NCBI GenBank assembly: GCA_002717485.1
Contig: PBDW01000003.1
Location: 5,315-69,314 of the forward strand
DNA: 64,000 nt
Reading direction: 5' to 3'
Source of the DNA: Pelagibacteraceae bacterium
GTDB taxonomy: Bacteria; Pseudomonadota; Alphaproteobacteria; HIMB59; GCA-002718135
A program made the translations under genes and the position numbers. The notes under the pieces were generated by a model that was not told the DNA's origin, made no database searches, and saw only the letters and a program-made list of their open reading frames with translations. Positions 9,430 through 18,312 of this stretch are shown in pieces (the first letter of the stretch is position 1; every line of letters starts with the position of its first letter).

Positions 9430-10185
9430 ATGAAATTAAACTTTAAAGGAAAAAATGCAATTGTGAGTGGAGCATGTGGCGGCATGGGGTTGCAGATTAC
9501 AAAAAAACTTATAAAAAATAAAATTAATACCCTTATGTTAGATTTAAAAGAACCTCCAAAAGAATTACTAAAAACAAATAAATATGCAAGTTATAAAAAA
9601 ATAGATTTAACAAATTTTAAAGATTTAAAAAATATAATTAATCAATTTTATAAAAAACATTCTTCTATTGATTATTTAATAAATACAACAGGTGTTTTAT
9701 GGTTTGAAAAAGACATTTCAGTTGTTGATATTGATTTTCAAACCTGGGACAGAGTATTTGAAATAAATCTTAAAACAATGCTCTATCTATCTAAATTAAT
9801 AATACCTAAAATGAAAAAAGGGAAGTTTGGTTCGCTGGTACATATTTCTTCCGTAGATGCGCTATCTGGAGATAGTAAACCACAAGATGCATATGGTTCA
9901 TCAAAAGCTGCAATGATAAGATTATCAAAATCTATAGCAGTTCAATTTGCTTCATCTAACATTAGATCAAATGTTATTTTACCAGGATCGATAGATACCC
10001 CAATGCAAGAAAGATGGAAAAAAAATCCAAAAGCAAAAAAACAACTTGAGGCAATAATACCTCTAAAAAGGATTGGGAATGCCGATGATATTGCTAACGT
10101 AGTCTTATTTACCTTAAGTGAAGAATCTAATTATATTACTGGAACAGAAATTGTTGTTGACGGTGGAATAACGGCTAGACCGTAA
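9430..10185 (+). CDS. Short-chain dehydrogenase/reductase (SDR)
   Basis: 251 aa. Glycine-rich SGACGGMG, catalytic YGSSKAA (YxxxK), PGSIDTPM. 8 nt after the ALDH gene. Confidence 0.85.
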   Translation: MKLNFKGKNAIVSGACGGMGLQITKKLIKNKINTLMLDLKEPPKELLKTNKYASYKKIDLTNFKDLKNIINQFYKKHSSIDYLINTTGVLWFEKDISVVDIDFQTWDRVFEINLKTMLYLSKLIIPKMKKGKFGSLVHISSVDALSGDSKPQDAYGSSKAAMIRLSKSIAVQFASSNIRSNVILPGSIDTPMQERWKKNPKAKKQLEAIIPLKRIGNADDIANVVLFTLSEESNYITGTEIVVDGGITARP

Positions 10186-10210
10186 GATTAAATACTAAAT
10201 TTTGAATAAA

Positions 10211-10246
10211 CTCTGGCACTAAGTTGAGTGCCAGAGTTTTATATTT
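10211..10246. terminator. Bidirectional intrinsic terminator between the convergent SDR and TRAP genes
   Basis: Perfect 10-bp stem CTCTGGCACT / AGTGCCAGAG with 6-nt loop AAGTTG (10211-10236). Followed by TTTTATATTTT and preceded by AATAAA (a U-run on the other strand). Confidence 0.6.
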
Positions 10247-10253
10247 TAATTAA

Positions 10254-11339
10254 TTACCTATATGGATAACCTGCTTTTTCCATTGTAGATGCATAAAGTT
10301 TAAATGCATCAACAACTTTTGCACTTCTAGGACTTTGACTTGCAACATCATCCCAGAATTTTCCAGCATCTTGTACTACTCCAGACCATTCATCAGCCGG
10401 TAAACTTGTTAATTCCATTTTTTCACCATTTACACGAAGATCCGCTTCACCGCCCCAATACCAAACTTGACGATAGTAGTGTGATTGATCAATAGACATT
10501 TTGAATAACTCTTGAAGTTTTGGAGATAGTTTTTCCCAACTTTTAGTGTTAGAAAAATAAGAACCAAACCATGCTCCTGTAACTGAATTAGTTAATGCAT
10601 AACTACAGATATCTGCCCATCCAACTTCATAAGCTTCTGTAAATCCGCACCAACAAACACCGTCTAACTCACCAGTTTGCATTGCAACTTCAACATCGTC
10701 CCAAGGCACTATCACAGGAATTAAACCGTACTGAGCCATAAATCGGCCAGCTGTCGGAACTCCAAATACTCTTAAACCCTTCATATCTGCTAGAGATCTG
10801 ATTGGTTTTTTAACTGTAAATAAATGACATGGGTCCCACGCGCTAGTGCTCAACCATGTGACGTTCTTTACTTCTCCATATGCTTCAGCCCAGATTTCAT
10901 CAAGACCGTAATATTTAAACATTGCAGGCACATCTAAACTAAATCGAGTTGCAAATGGAAAGTATCCTCCAAAAACTGATATATCTACGGGTGAGCCCAT
11001 AGTAGCATCATCACTTTGCACAGCATCGATTGTACCTGCTTGCATAGCTCTAAATAATTCATCAGTTGGAACTAGTTGGTCTGCAAAATATAATTCAATT
11101 TCCATCTCTCCATGAGCTGCTTTATTAAAAGCTTCGATTTGTGGAGCCACCACATGTGCTCCTAATGGCGCTCCTGAGTATGTTTGAAGCCTCCATTTAA
11201 TTGGATTAGTTGCAGCATAACCATAGGGTGCGCTTAATGTGCTAGCACCTACTGCACCGGCAGTAACTAAACCTGCTTTTTTTAAAAAATCACGACGTTT
11301 AGTCAATTTAGGATTATTTTTCATTTTATTTTCCTCCAA
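10254..11339 (-). CDS. TRAP transporter substrate-binding protein (DctP type) with twin-arginine signal
   Basis: 361 aa. N-terminus KRRDFLKKAGLVTAGAVGASTLSAP (Tat-like RR motif plus hydrophobic region). Adjacent to TRAP membrane components. Confidence 0.85.
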   Translation of the reverse strand: MEENKMKNNPKLTKRRDFLKKAGLVTAGAVGASTLSAPYGYAATNPIKWRLQTYSGAPLGAHVVAPQIEAFNKAAHGEMEIELYFADQLVPTDELFRAMQAGTIDAVQSDDATMGSPVDISVFGGYFPFATRFSLDVPAMFKYYGLDEIWAEAYGEVKNVTWLSTSAWDPCHLFTVKKPIRSLADMKGLRVFGVPTAGRFMAQYGLIPVIVPWDDVEVAMQTGELDGVCWCGFTEAYEVGWADICSYALTNSVTGAWFGSYFSNTKSWEKLSPKLQELFKMSIDQSHYYRQVWYWGGEADLRVNGEKMELTSLPADEWSGVVQDAGKFWDDVASQSPRSAKVVDAFKLYASTMEKAGYPYR

Positions 11340-11438
11340 AAAATAAACAATTTATAAAATACTAGCTCTAAATTGATGGAATGTCTATCCAATTAAATTT
11401 TAATTTTTATTAATAAAAAATGATAATATATCCTTATA

Positions 11439-12767
11439 TTAAAGTTGACTTGGTAGCCAGGTAGCTATTTCTGGAAATATCATAACTATTGATAGCCCTA
11501 ATACCATAACCAATACAAATGGAAATATAGATCTATAAATATCTGCAAGAGTGATTTCTTTGGGAGCCATAGCTCTCATTAAAAATAAATTATATCCAAA
11601 TGGTGGAGTCATATAAGCTATTTGACATGTGATAGTATAAAGCACGCCGTACCATATTGGATCAAACCCTAATGCAATAATTAATGGAACGTATAATGGG
11701 GCAACAATAACCAACATAGCTGTATCGTCTAAAAACATTCCCATTAAAATATATGATAGCTGCATCATAATTAAAACACCCCATGGGCTAAGCTCCCAAC
11801 GTTCAATGAATAAAGTTTCAATAGCTTTCACTGCTCCAATTCCATCAAAAACTGCACCAAAACATAAAGCTGCTAAAATAATCCACATAAACATACAAGA
11901 TACTCCTAAAGTTTTTCTAAGAGTATTGTCGATAACTTTTCTATTTAATTTTTTCCTAAAAGCAGCGGCAATTGTAGCGCATAATGCCCCTACGGCAGAA
12001 CATTCAACTAAACTAGCTATACCCATCAAAAATAATCCAGTCATTGCAAAAAATATAACGAAAGGAACTATACCAGCTCTTAAAAGTTTAATTTTTTGAG
12101 CAAATGGCATTTCTCTTTCTTCTTTAGGTAAAGCCGGTCCAAGTTCAGGCTGTAATTTACAACGAATGTAAATATATAATATAAACAAAGTAGCCATCAT
12201 CAAACCAGGAAACACCCCAGCAAGCCACAATTTACTTACTGGTTGCCTAGCAATCATTCCATATAAAACAAGTACAACACTTGGAGGGACCAGAATTCCT
12301 AAAGAGCTTCCGGCTTGCACTACACCAGTGATCATTCTTTTGTCATAATTTCTTCGAAGCATTTCAGGTAAAGCTATCGTTGCACCAATAGCCATTCCTG
12401 CAACACTTAAACCATTCATTGCCGAAATAGCTACCATCATACCCATTGTTCCAATTGCCAAACCTCCTTTAATTCCACCAAAATATACGTGGAACATTTT
12501 GTATAGATCATTTGCAATACCAGATTCGGATATCATATAGCCCATGTAAATAAATAATGGCAAAGTAAGCATCGGGTACCATTTAAATAATTTCCACGCT
12601 GCAGTGTATGGCATTTCAATTGCTCCATCTCCCCATAAAAGCAAAGCTGCTGCTGCAGATACGAAGCCAATTGCACCAAAAACCCTCTGACCTGTCAGCA
12701 ACATTAAAAGCATTGTTGTAAACATAAAGATAGCTATAAATTCATAACTGAAATAATCTGCTATCAT
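11439..12767 (-). CDS. TRAP transporter large permease (DctM type)
   Basis: 442 aa, polytopic and hydrophobic throughout. 1 nt after the small permease gene. Confidence 0.9.
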   Translation of the reverse strand: MIADYFSYEFIAIFMFTTMLLMLLTGQRVFGAIGFVSAAAALLLWGDGAIEMPYTAAWKLFKWYPMLTLPLFIYMGYMISESGIANDLYKMFHVYFGGIKGGLAIGTMGMMVAISAMNGLSVAGMAIGATIALPEMLRRNYDKRMITGVVQAGSSLGILVPPSVVLVLYGMIARQPVSKLWLAGVFPGLMMATLFILYIYIRCKLQPELGPALPKEEREMPFAQKIKLLRAGIVPFVIFFAMTGLFLMGIASLVECSAVGALCATIAAAFRKKLNRKVIDNTLRKTLGVSCMFMWIILAALCFGAVFDGIGAVKAIETLFIERWELSPWGVLIMMQLSYILMGMFLDDTAMLVIVAPLYVPLIIALGFDPIWYGVLYTITCQIAYMTPPFGYNLFLMRAMAPKEITLADIYRSIFPFVLVMVLGLSIVMIFPEIATWLPSQL

Positions 12768-12768
12768 C

Positions 12769-13278
12769 CTATATTGTCCGTCCAGTTACCTTTGCCAAAT
12801 CTTTGAAAAACATTGATACTGATTGAAGCAGCATTAATAAAATACCAAATAGCATAATTGATTTTATAGGCCATACATACGGAGCCCAAGCTGTAAATAG
12901 TCTTTGGTTTGTGTCAATAGTGTAAATTAAACTGCTTATTGAACCAAATAGCAAAGTTATTAAATAAAAAACCAAAAATATACTAGTGAACATATCCATT
13001 CTTGCCTTATTTACCTCTGATAGCTTGCTATAAAATAGATCCATTCGAACGTGATCTCCTGTGATCATCGAGTATCCGCCGCCAAGTAGGTAATAACCTG
13101 TGATGATAAACTGTGCCATCTCAATAATCCATATTAGAGGAATATTGATAATATTTCTTGTTACAAAGGAGAGGACCAGTATGAACATCATTAGGAAAAC
13201 AATATACATTGTAAAACGTCCAACCTTAATGCATAACCAGTCTATAAAATTAACATATGAACGAATAATACTTGGCAT
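12769..13278 (-). CDS. TRAP transporter small permease (DctQ type)
   Basis: 169 aa with four predicted TM segments. Immediately upstream of the DctM-type gene. Confidence 0.8.
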   Translation of the reverse strand: MPSIIRSYVNFIDWLCIKVGRFTMYIVFLMMFILVLSFVTRNIINIPLIWIIEMAQFIITGYYLLGGGYSMITGDHVRMDLFYSKLSEVNKARMDMFTSIFLVFYLITLLFGSISSLIYTIDTNQRLFTAWAPYVWPIKSIMLFGILLMLLQSVSMFFKDLAKVTGRTI

Positions 13279-13397
13279 AAATTTATTGATTTTCTATATT
13301 ATGAATATGGACAATATGTTATGATAATAATAAAAACAACCTTTAAAACTAATTAAATTTATAGTAGAAATTTATATTGAGGAAAGCATAATCAAAT

Positions 13398-14831
13398 ATG
13401 AAAAAATATCAAAGTTATATTAATGGTAAGTGGTTAGACAGCATTTCAGGAAAAACTATAACTGTTGATAATCCCGCGACAGAAGAAGTCATAGGTGAAG
13501 TTTCTTGCGCCAATAACTCAGATGTTGATCTTGCAGTAGAGGCGGCAAAGACTTCATTTTTAAAAAGAACTTTAGTTGATATGAATCCTATGGATCGAGC
13601 AAAATTAATGAGAAAGATAGCAGAGGAGCTAAGAAAGGTTTCCAAAGAAGCGGGAAAGCTTTTGTGTTACGAAAATGGAAAATTACTTGATGGTGCAGAA
13701 TATGAATTTATTGATGCGGCAAATTATTTTGATTATTACGGTGGTCTAACTGACAAGCTAGAGGGTCAATCAATTCCTGTATCAAAGAGTGTCGTAGATT
13801 ACACAATTTTAGAACCATATGGTGTATCGGCACATGTTATTCCTTGGAACTATCCTATTTCTATGATTGGAAGATCCTTGGCATGTGCAGTAGCTACTGG
13901 AAATTCAACTATAATTAAAACTCCTGAACTTACACCACTTGCTGCTGCCTCTTTTTTTGCTCAAGCAATAGATAAAGCAGGTGTGCCAAAAGGAACTATT
14001 AATATTATTTGTGGATACGGAGATGAAGCAGGCGCTTATCTTGTATCTCACCCTGATGTAAATCATATTGCCTTTACTGGATCTGTCCCAACAGGCAAAA
14101 AAATATTACATGCAGCTGCTGATAAGGCTATACCTGCAGTGGTAGAATTAGGTGGGAAATCAGCAGGAATTGTATATCCTGATGCAGATCTTGATAAAGT
14201 AGTCAATAGCGCTAAAACTGCAGTTTTTGGGGTTGCGGGACAAATTTGTTCTGCAATGTCAAGATTGGTAGTTCACAAATCAGTAAAAGATGAATTAGTA
14301 GAAAAATTAGTAAACTTGACAAAATCATTAAAAGTTGGACCCGGTTATGAAGAAGGAGTTGACTGCACTCCCGTAATATCAAAAAATCAATTGGAAAAAG
14401 TTGAAGGTTATGCGCGCTCAGGCATTCAGGCTGGTGCCGAAGCGGTTGCAGGTGGAAAAGCATATGATAGAAAAGGTTATTTTTTTGAATCAACTGTTTT
14501 GGACAAGGTAACTCAAGATATGACAGTTGCAAGAGAGGAAATTTTTGGACCAGTATTATCAATTATAGAATATGAAGAACATGAAGAGGCTATAAAAATT
14601 GCAAATGACACCGATTACGGTCTAGCTGCTGGAGTATTCACTAACAGTATTGATCAGGCAACTAGAGCATCGAACCAGCTAGAAGCAGGACAAATATATG
14701 TTAATAGTTGGTTTACTGGAAGCATTGCAACTCCATTTGGTGGATACAAACAATCTGGATATAGCAGAGAAAAAGGTCAACAAGCTCTAAAGAGTTACTT
14801 ACAAGTAAAAAATGTAGGTATACAACTATAA
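13398..14831 (+). CDS. NAD(P)-dependent aldehyde dehydrogenase (betaine-aldehyde/aminoaldehyde dehydrogenase-like)
   Basis: 477 aa. ELGGKSA, GQICSAMSR (catalytic Cys), EEIFGPV. Starts MKKYQSYINGKW. Divergent from the TRAP operon. Confidence 0.85.
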   Translation: MKKYQSYINGKWLDSISGKTITVDNPATEEVIGEVSCANNSDVDLAVEAAKTSFLKRTLVDMNPMDRAKLMRKIAEELRKVSKEAGKLLCYENGKLLDGAEYEFIDAANYFDYYGGLTDKLEGQSIPVSKSVVDYTILEPYGVSAHVIPWNYPISMIGRSLACAVATGNSTIIKTPELTPLAAASFFAQAIDKAGVPKGTINIICGYGDEAGAYLVSHPDVNHIAFTGSVPTGKKILHAAADKAIPAVVELGGKSAGIVYPDADLDKVVNSAKTAVFGVAGQICSAMSRLVVHKSVKDELVEKLVNLTKSLKVGPGYEEGVDCTPVISKNQLEKVEGYARSGIQAGAEAVAGGKAYDRKGYFFESTVLDKVTQDMTVAREEIFGPVLSIIEYEEHEEAIKIANDTDYGLAAGVFTNSIDQATRASNQLEAGQIYVNSWFTGSIATPFGGYKQSGYSREKGQQALKSYLQVKNVGIQL

Positions 14832-14841
14832 AATATTTATT

Positions 14842-15732
14842 TTATCTTGGTTTGATACCGCGAAGTCTCTCTGATCTTCTACGAAGTACTTCAACAGTAG
14901 TTAATAACATAATTGAAAGAATAACTAAACAAGTTGCCATACACAGTATAACTGGGCTTATTTCTTGCCTAATACCTGCCCACATTTGTTTAGGAATTGT
15001 TAACTGGTCAAGACTAGCCATAAACATAACAATCACAACTTCGTCAAAAGATGTTATAAATGCAAACAGTGCACCTGATATCACGCCTGGAAGAATAAGC
15101 GGCATTATTACTTTAAAAAAAGTTTTAACTGGTCTAGCGCCTAAACTTTGAGAAGCTTTAATCATATTTGTATCAAAACCCACTAATGTAGCAGTAACTG
15201 TTATTACGACAAAAGGTGTTGCTAGTGCAATATGCGCCATTATGATTCCTGTAAAAGTGTATACGAGATTAAATCTTGCGTAGAAAAAAAACATACCAGC
15301 AGCTGTAATTATCAATGGAACTATCATAGGAGATATAAGAATTGACATTATTATACCTTTGTATGGCATATTAGGCCTACTTAGCCCCAAGGCTGCAAGC
15401 GTTCCCAGTGCAGTAGCAAAAAAAGTTGAAGTAAAGCCAACAAAAAAACTGTTAACTGTGGCATACATCCATTTAGTGCTACACGGGGTAGTAAGAGTTT
15501 TATCAGTACATATCCCCACCATATAACGATACCATCTTAATGACCAAGCATCTGGGTCTGGTGGAAACGTCATCATTCCTTCTGTAAAAACCATAAAAGG
15601 CGACTTGCTAAAGGATATAGGTACTATTGCTATTAAAGGAGCAATAAGAAAAAAGAAAACAAACCCGCAAAAAAATAAATAGAAGTAATAAATTGATCTT
15701 TGTCCTGGTGTTGCGTAACTTGGTAGAGCCAT
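14842..15732 (-). CDS. ABC transporter permease (PotC-like)
   Basis: 296 aa, 6 TM. EAA-type loop SQSLGARPVKTFFKVIMP. Last gene of the ATPase-SBP-permease-permease string. Confidence 0.85.
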   Translation of the reverse strand: MALPSYATPGQRSIYYFYLFFCGFVFFFLIAPLIAIVPISFSKSPFMVFTEGMMTFPPDPDAWSLRWYRYMVGICTDKTLTTPCSTKWMYATVNSFFVGFTSTFFATALGTLAALGLSRPNMPYKGIIMSILISPMIVPLIITAAGMFFFYARFNLVYTFTGIIMAHIALATPFVVITVTATLVGFDTNMIKASQSLGARPVKTFFKVIMPLILPGVISGALFAFITSFDEVVIVMFMASLDQLTIPKQMWAGIRQEISPVILCMATCLVILSIMLLTTVEVLRRRSERLRGIKPR

Positions 15733-15734
15733 AA

Positions 15735-17009
15735 TTATCCTAACTTTATATTATCTATTCCAACAATTTTGTTATACAGCCAATACAACACTAGCATTAC
15801 TGCCAGAAGAATACTTCCTAGCGCTGAGCACAAACCCCAATTTAAAGTTGTTTTTAAATGATAAGCAATCCAGTGACCAATTAACTGACCATCCTTACCT
15901 CCAACTAATTCGGGAGTAATAAAATACCCTATAGCCAGAACAAAAACTAAAAGTCCCCCTGCGCTCATTCCGGGAACAGTCTGTGGTAAATAGACTTTAA
16001 AAAAAGCTGTTGCTGGTTTTGCGCCCAAATTTTGCGCAGCTCTCATATGACTCTTGGGGATAACCTTCATAACACTATAAAGAGGTAAAATCATAAATGG
16101 CAGAAGTATTTGCGTCATTGCAATAATTGTTCCAGTCATATTATAAACCATTTGTATACGTTGATCGTCGCCAAGTATACCGAGCCAAACTAATACGCCA
16201 TTAATAACACCCTTTTGTTGAAGCATAACTATCCATGCTGTTGTTCGCACTAGCAAGGAAGTCCAAAAAGGCAGCAGAACAAAAATCATCAATAAATTAC
16301 TATATCTTAATGGCAAATTGGCTAATAAATGTGCAACCGGAAATCCTAGGACTAAGCAAAAAAATGTCACATAAATACTTACTTTGAAAGTTCTCCACCA
16401 CGTTTTAACATACATCCTTCTTTCTTCATTTTGCATTATAACTTTTTGATCTATGTCATAAGTTCTATCAATTGCATTCCAATAATAAATTAGCGTAGTT
16501 TCATTTAGCATTTGAGCCATCGCTATCCAAAAAGTAGGATCTGCCCAACCTTTATTAATTTCTATCATTGTTTGTTTGTAGGACGAAGGCTCTTCGCCAC
16601 TTTTGTATATTTTTTTAACCTGTCTTCTTGTTTTTTTAATAAGACTCTTCCAGCCAGATTTAGAATAATTCATTCTTGTTAGTGCTTTGCCTACTTGGAT
16701 CCCCTCTCCAGTTGCTAGCTCAAGAAAAAGAGATTTGTAAACTGCTTCAGGAGGTAAATCCTCCCTATCCCATTTGGCATATTCTTCAAAGGTATTAGGA
16801 AAAACAGTATTGATATGGCTATCATCAACACTTCTAAAAAGCATATCTGCTATAGGTACTACAAAGGTTACGACTATGAAAAGAAGTAAAGGGAAAACTA
16901 ACAAGAATGCCCTTATTTTATTTTTCCTTTCAGTCTTTCTTAGACTAACCTTTAAAGGAATACCGTCGGTGGTTAATATTTGTGTTCCGTTAGAAATTGT
17001 ACCCTCCAA
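15735..17009 (-). CDS. ABC transporter permease (PotB-like) with a large extra domain between TM1 and TM2
   Basis: 424 aa. EAA-type loop AAQNLGAKPATAFFKVYLP. About 150 hydrophilic residues (about 58-205) lie between the first two hydrophobic segments. The start codon read from the sequence is TTG (17009..17007). Confidence 0.85.
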   Translation of the reverse strand: MEGTISNGTQILTTDGIPLKVSLRKTERKNKIRAFLLVFPLLLFIVVTFVVPIADMLFRSVDDSHINTVFPNTFEEYAKWDREDLPPEAVYKSLFLELATGEGIQVGKALTRMNYSKSGWKSLIKKTRRQVKKIYKSGEEPSSYKQTMIEINKGWADPTFWIAMAQMLNETTLIYYWNAIDRTYDIDQKVIMQNEERRMYVKTWWRTFKVSIYVTFFCLVLGFPVAHLLANLPLRYSNLLMIFVLLPFWTSLLVRTTAWIVMLQQKGVINGVLVWLGILGDDQRIQMVYNMTGTIIAMTQILLPFMILPLYSVMKVIPKSHMRAAQNLGAKPATAFFKVYLPQTVPGMSAGGLLVFVLAIGYFITPELVGGKDGQLIGHWIAYHLKTTLNWGLCSALGSILLAVMLVLYWLYNKIVGIDNIKLG

Positions 17010-17014
17010 ATAAT

Positions 17015-17040
17015 AAAGGCGAGATATATATCTCGCCTTT
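17015..17040 (-). promoter_or_regulatory. Intra-operon hairpin (attenuator / mRNA-stability element) between the SBP and permease genes
   Basis: Perfect 26-nt palindrome AAAGGCGAGATAT|ATATCTCGCCTTT. On the mRNA strand it is followed by ATTAT and then the TTG start of the permease gene. Confidence 0.5.
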
Positions 17041-17071
17041 AAATTAAATCAACTTTAGCTTTAAATCAAGC

Positions 17072-18178
17072 TTAGTTACCCATCCAAGCTGCATATCGCT
17101 CGTCAATTTCAGCTCCATTATCAGACCACCATTCCGGATCACCCATAACTGAAATTTTTAATCTTTCAGGAGTGTTCGGCATATGAGGCATAACATCAAT
17201 ACCTGTGTGGAACCATGGCTCACCAGCTTTAATTATGTCAATACCTGATGCTCTCATTGGACCATAAGTGATGTATTTTGCTTGTTCAGCTTGTGAAGCA
17301 GGAGAAGTAGCATGAATTAAGAAATCCATAGCTTGATCTCTATTTGGAGCACCTGTCATTAAACATAGATATTCTTGTTCAAGTAACTGTCCTTCCCAAA
17401 TATATTCAAAATTTTCACCTTCACTTAGTACTGCTGCGCCAACACGACCATTGTAAGCGATTGACATAGAAACCTCTCCACTTTTTACTAATTCTAGTGG
17501 TTTGGCTCCAGCAGACCAATGTACTATACTATCTTTGATTGTATCCATTTTAGCAAATGCTCTATCTACTGCACCTGATTGGTTCTTTAACACTGTATAA
17601 ACAGCGTCTGGAGCCACACCATCTGCAACCATTGCCATTTGGATAAATCCGTTTGCCCAAGTATGAACGCCTCTTTTACCAGGATAGTTTGCTACATCAA
17701 AAAAATCTGCAATTCTTGATGGCTGTGCATCTTCTGGAAATGCTGTCGGATCAAAAAATACTACGTAAGTCCAAAAAATCTGAGGACCACAACAGTCTGA
17801 AAGATTTGTAACTCCGTTAGCTTCCATATCTGCAATTAGTCCGTCACCGTTATCAGCAGCTATGAAGTTATCATATTCACCTGATATGTCTTCGAAAAGA
17901 CCTTCGTCACAGCCTGTGATAGCTTGATCAGGAAGAACGTCAACTAAATCCCAAGCAACGTTTCCACTTTCTACTTGTGTACGTACTTCACCAAGACCGC
18001 CATTATAATTTTCAAATTTAATTGCGCTTGGATCGCTATACGTATCTGCGTATGCCTTAATTTGACTTTCTGTGTAAGCTCCACCCCATGATGCTACTGT
18101 AACAGCATTCGATGAAAATGAAAAAATAACGCAGAAAGATGCAAATAAGAAGGCTTTAATGAATTTTAACATAATCAT
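17072..18178 (-). CDS. ABC transporter periplasmic substrate-binding protein (PotD/PotF-like, family 1)
   Basis: 368 aa. Sec signal peptide MIMLKFIKAFLFASFCVIFSFSSNA. SD AGGAGGA upstream. Located between the ATPase and permease genes. Confidence 0.85.
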   Translation of the reverse strand: MIMLKFIKAFLFASFCVIFSFSSNAVTVASWGGAYTESQIKAYADTYSDPSAIKFENYNGGLGEVRTQVESGNVAWDLVDVLPDQAITGCDEGLFEDISGEYDNFIAADNGDGLIADMEANGVTNLSDCCGPQIFWTYVVFFDPTAFPEDAQPSRIADFFDVANYPGKRGVHTWANGFIQMAMVADGVAPDAVYTVLKNQSGAVDRAFAKMDTIKDSIVHWSAGAKPLELVKSGEVSMSIAYNGRVGAAVLSEGENFEYIWEGQLLEQEYLCLMTGAPNRDQAMDFLIHATSPASQAEQAKYITYGPMRASGIDIIKAGEPWFHTGIDVMPHMPNTPERLKISVMGDPEWWSDNGAEIDERYAAWMGN

Positions 18179-18312
18179 TTCCTCCTATATTATTATTTGT
18201 TTGATTAAGTACTTATTCAAAGTCGTTCCTTATAACACGAATGGAAATGAAAAAAAGGTTTAATTTGTTATAAAATTGGCTGTTTATCCAGATATTTCAA
18301 GGATTTTGCTAT

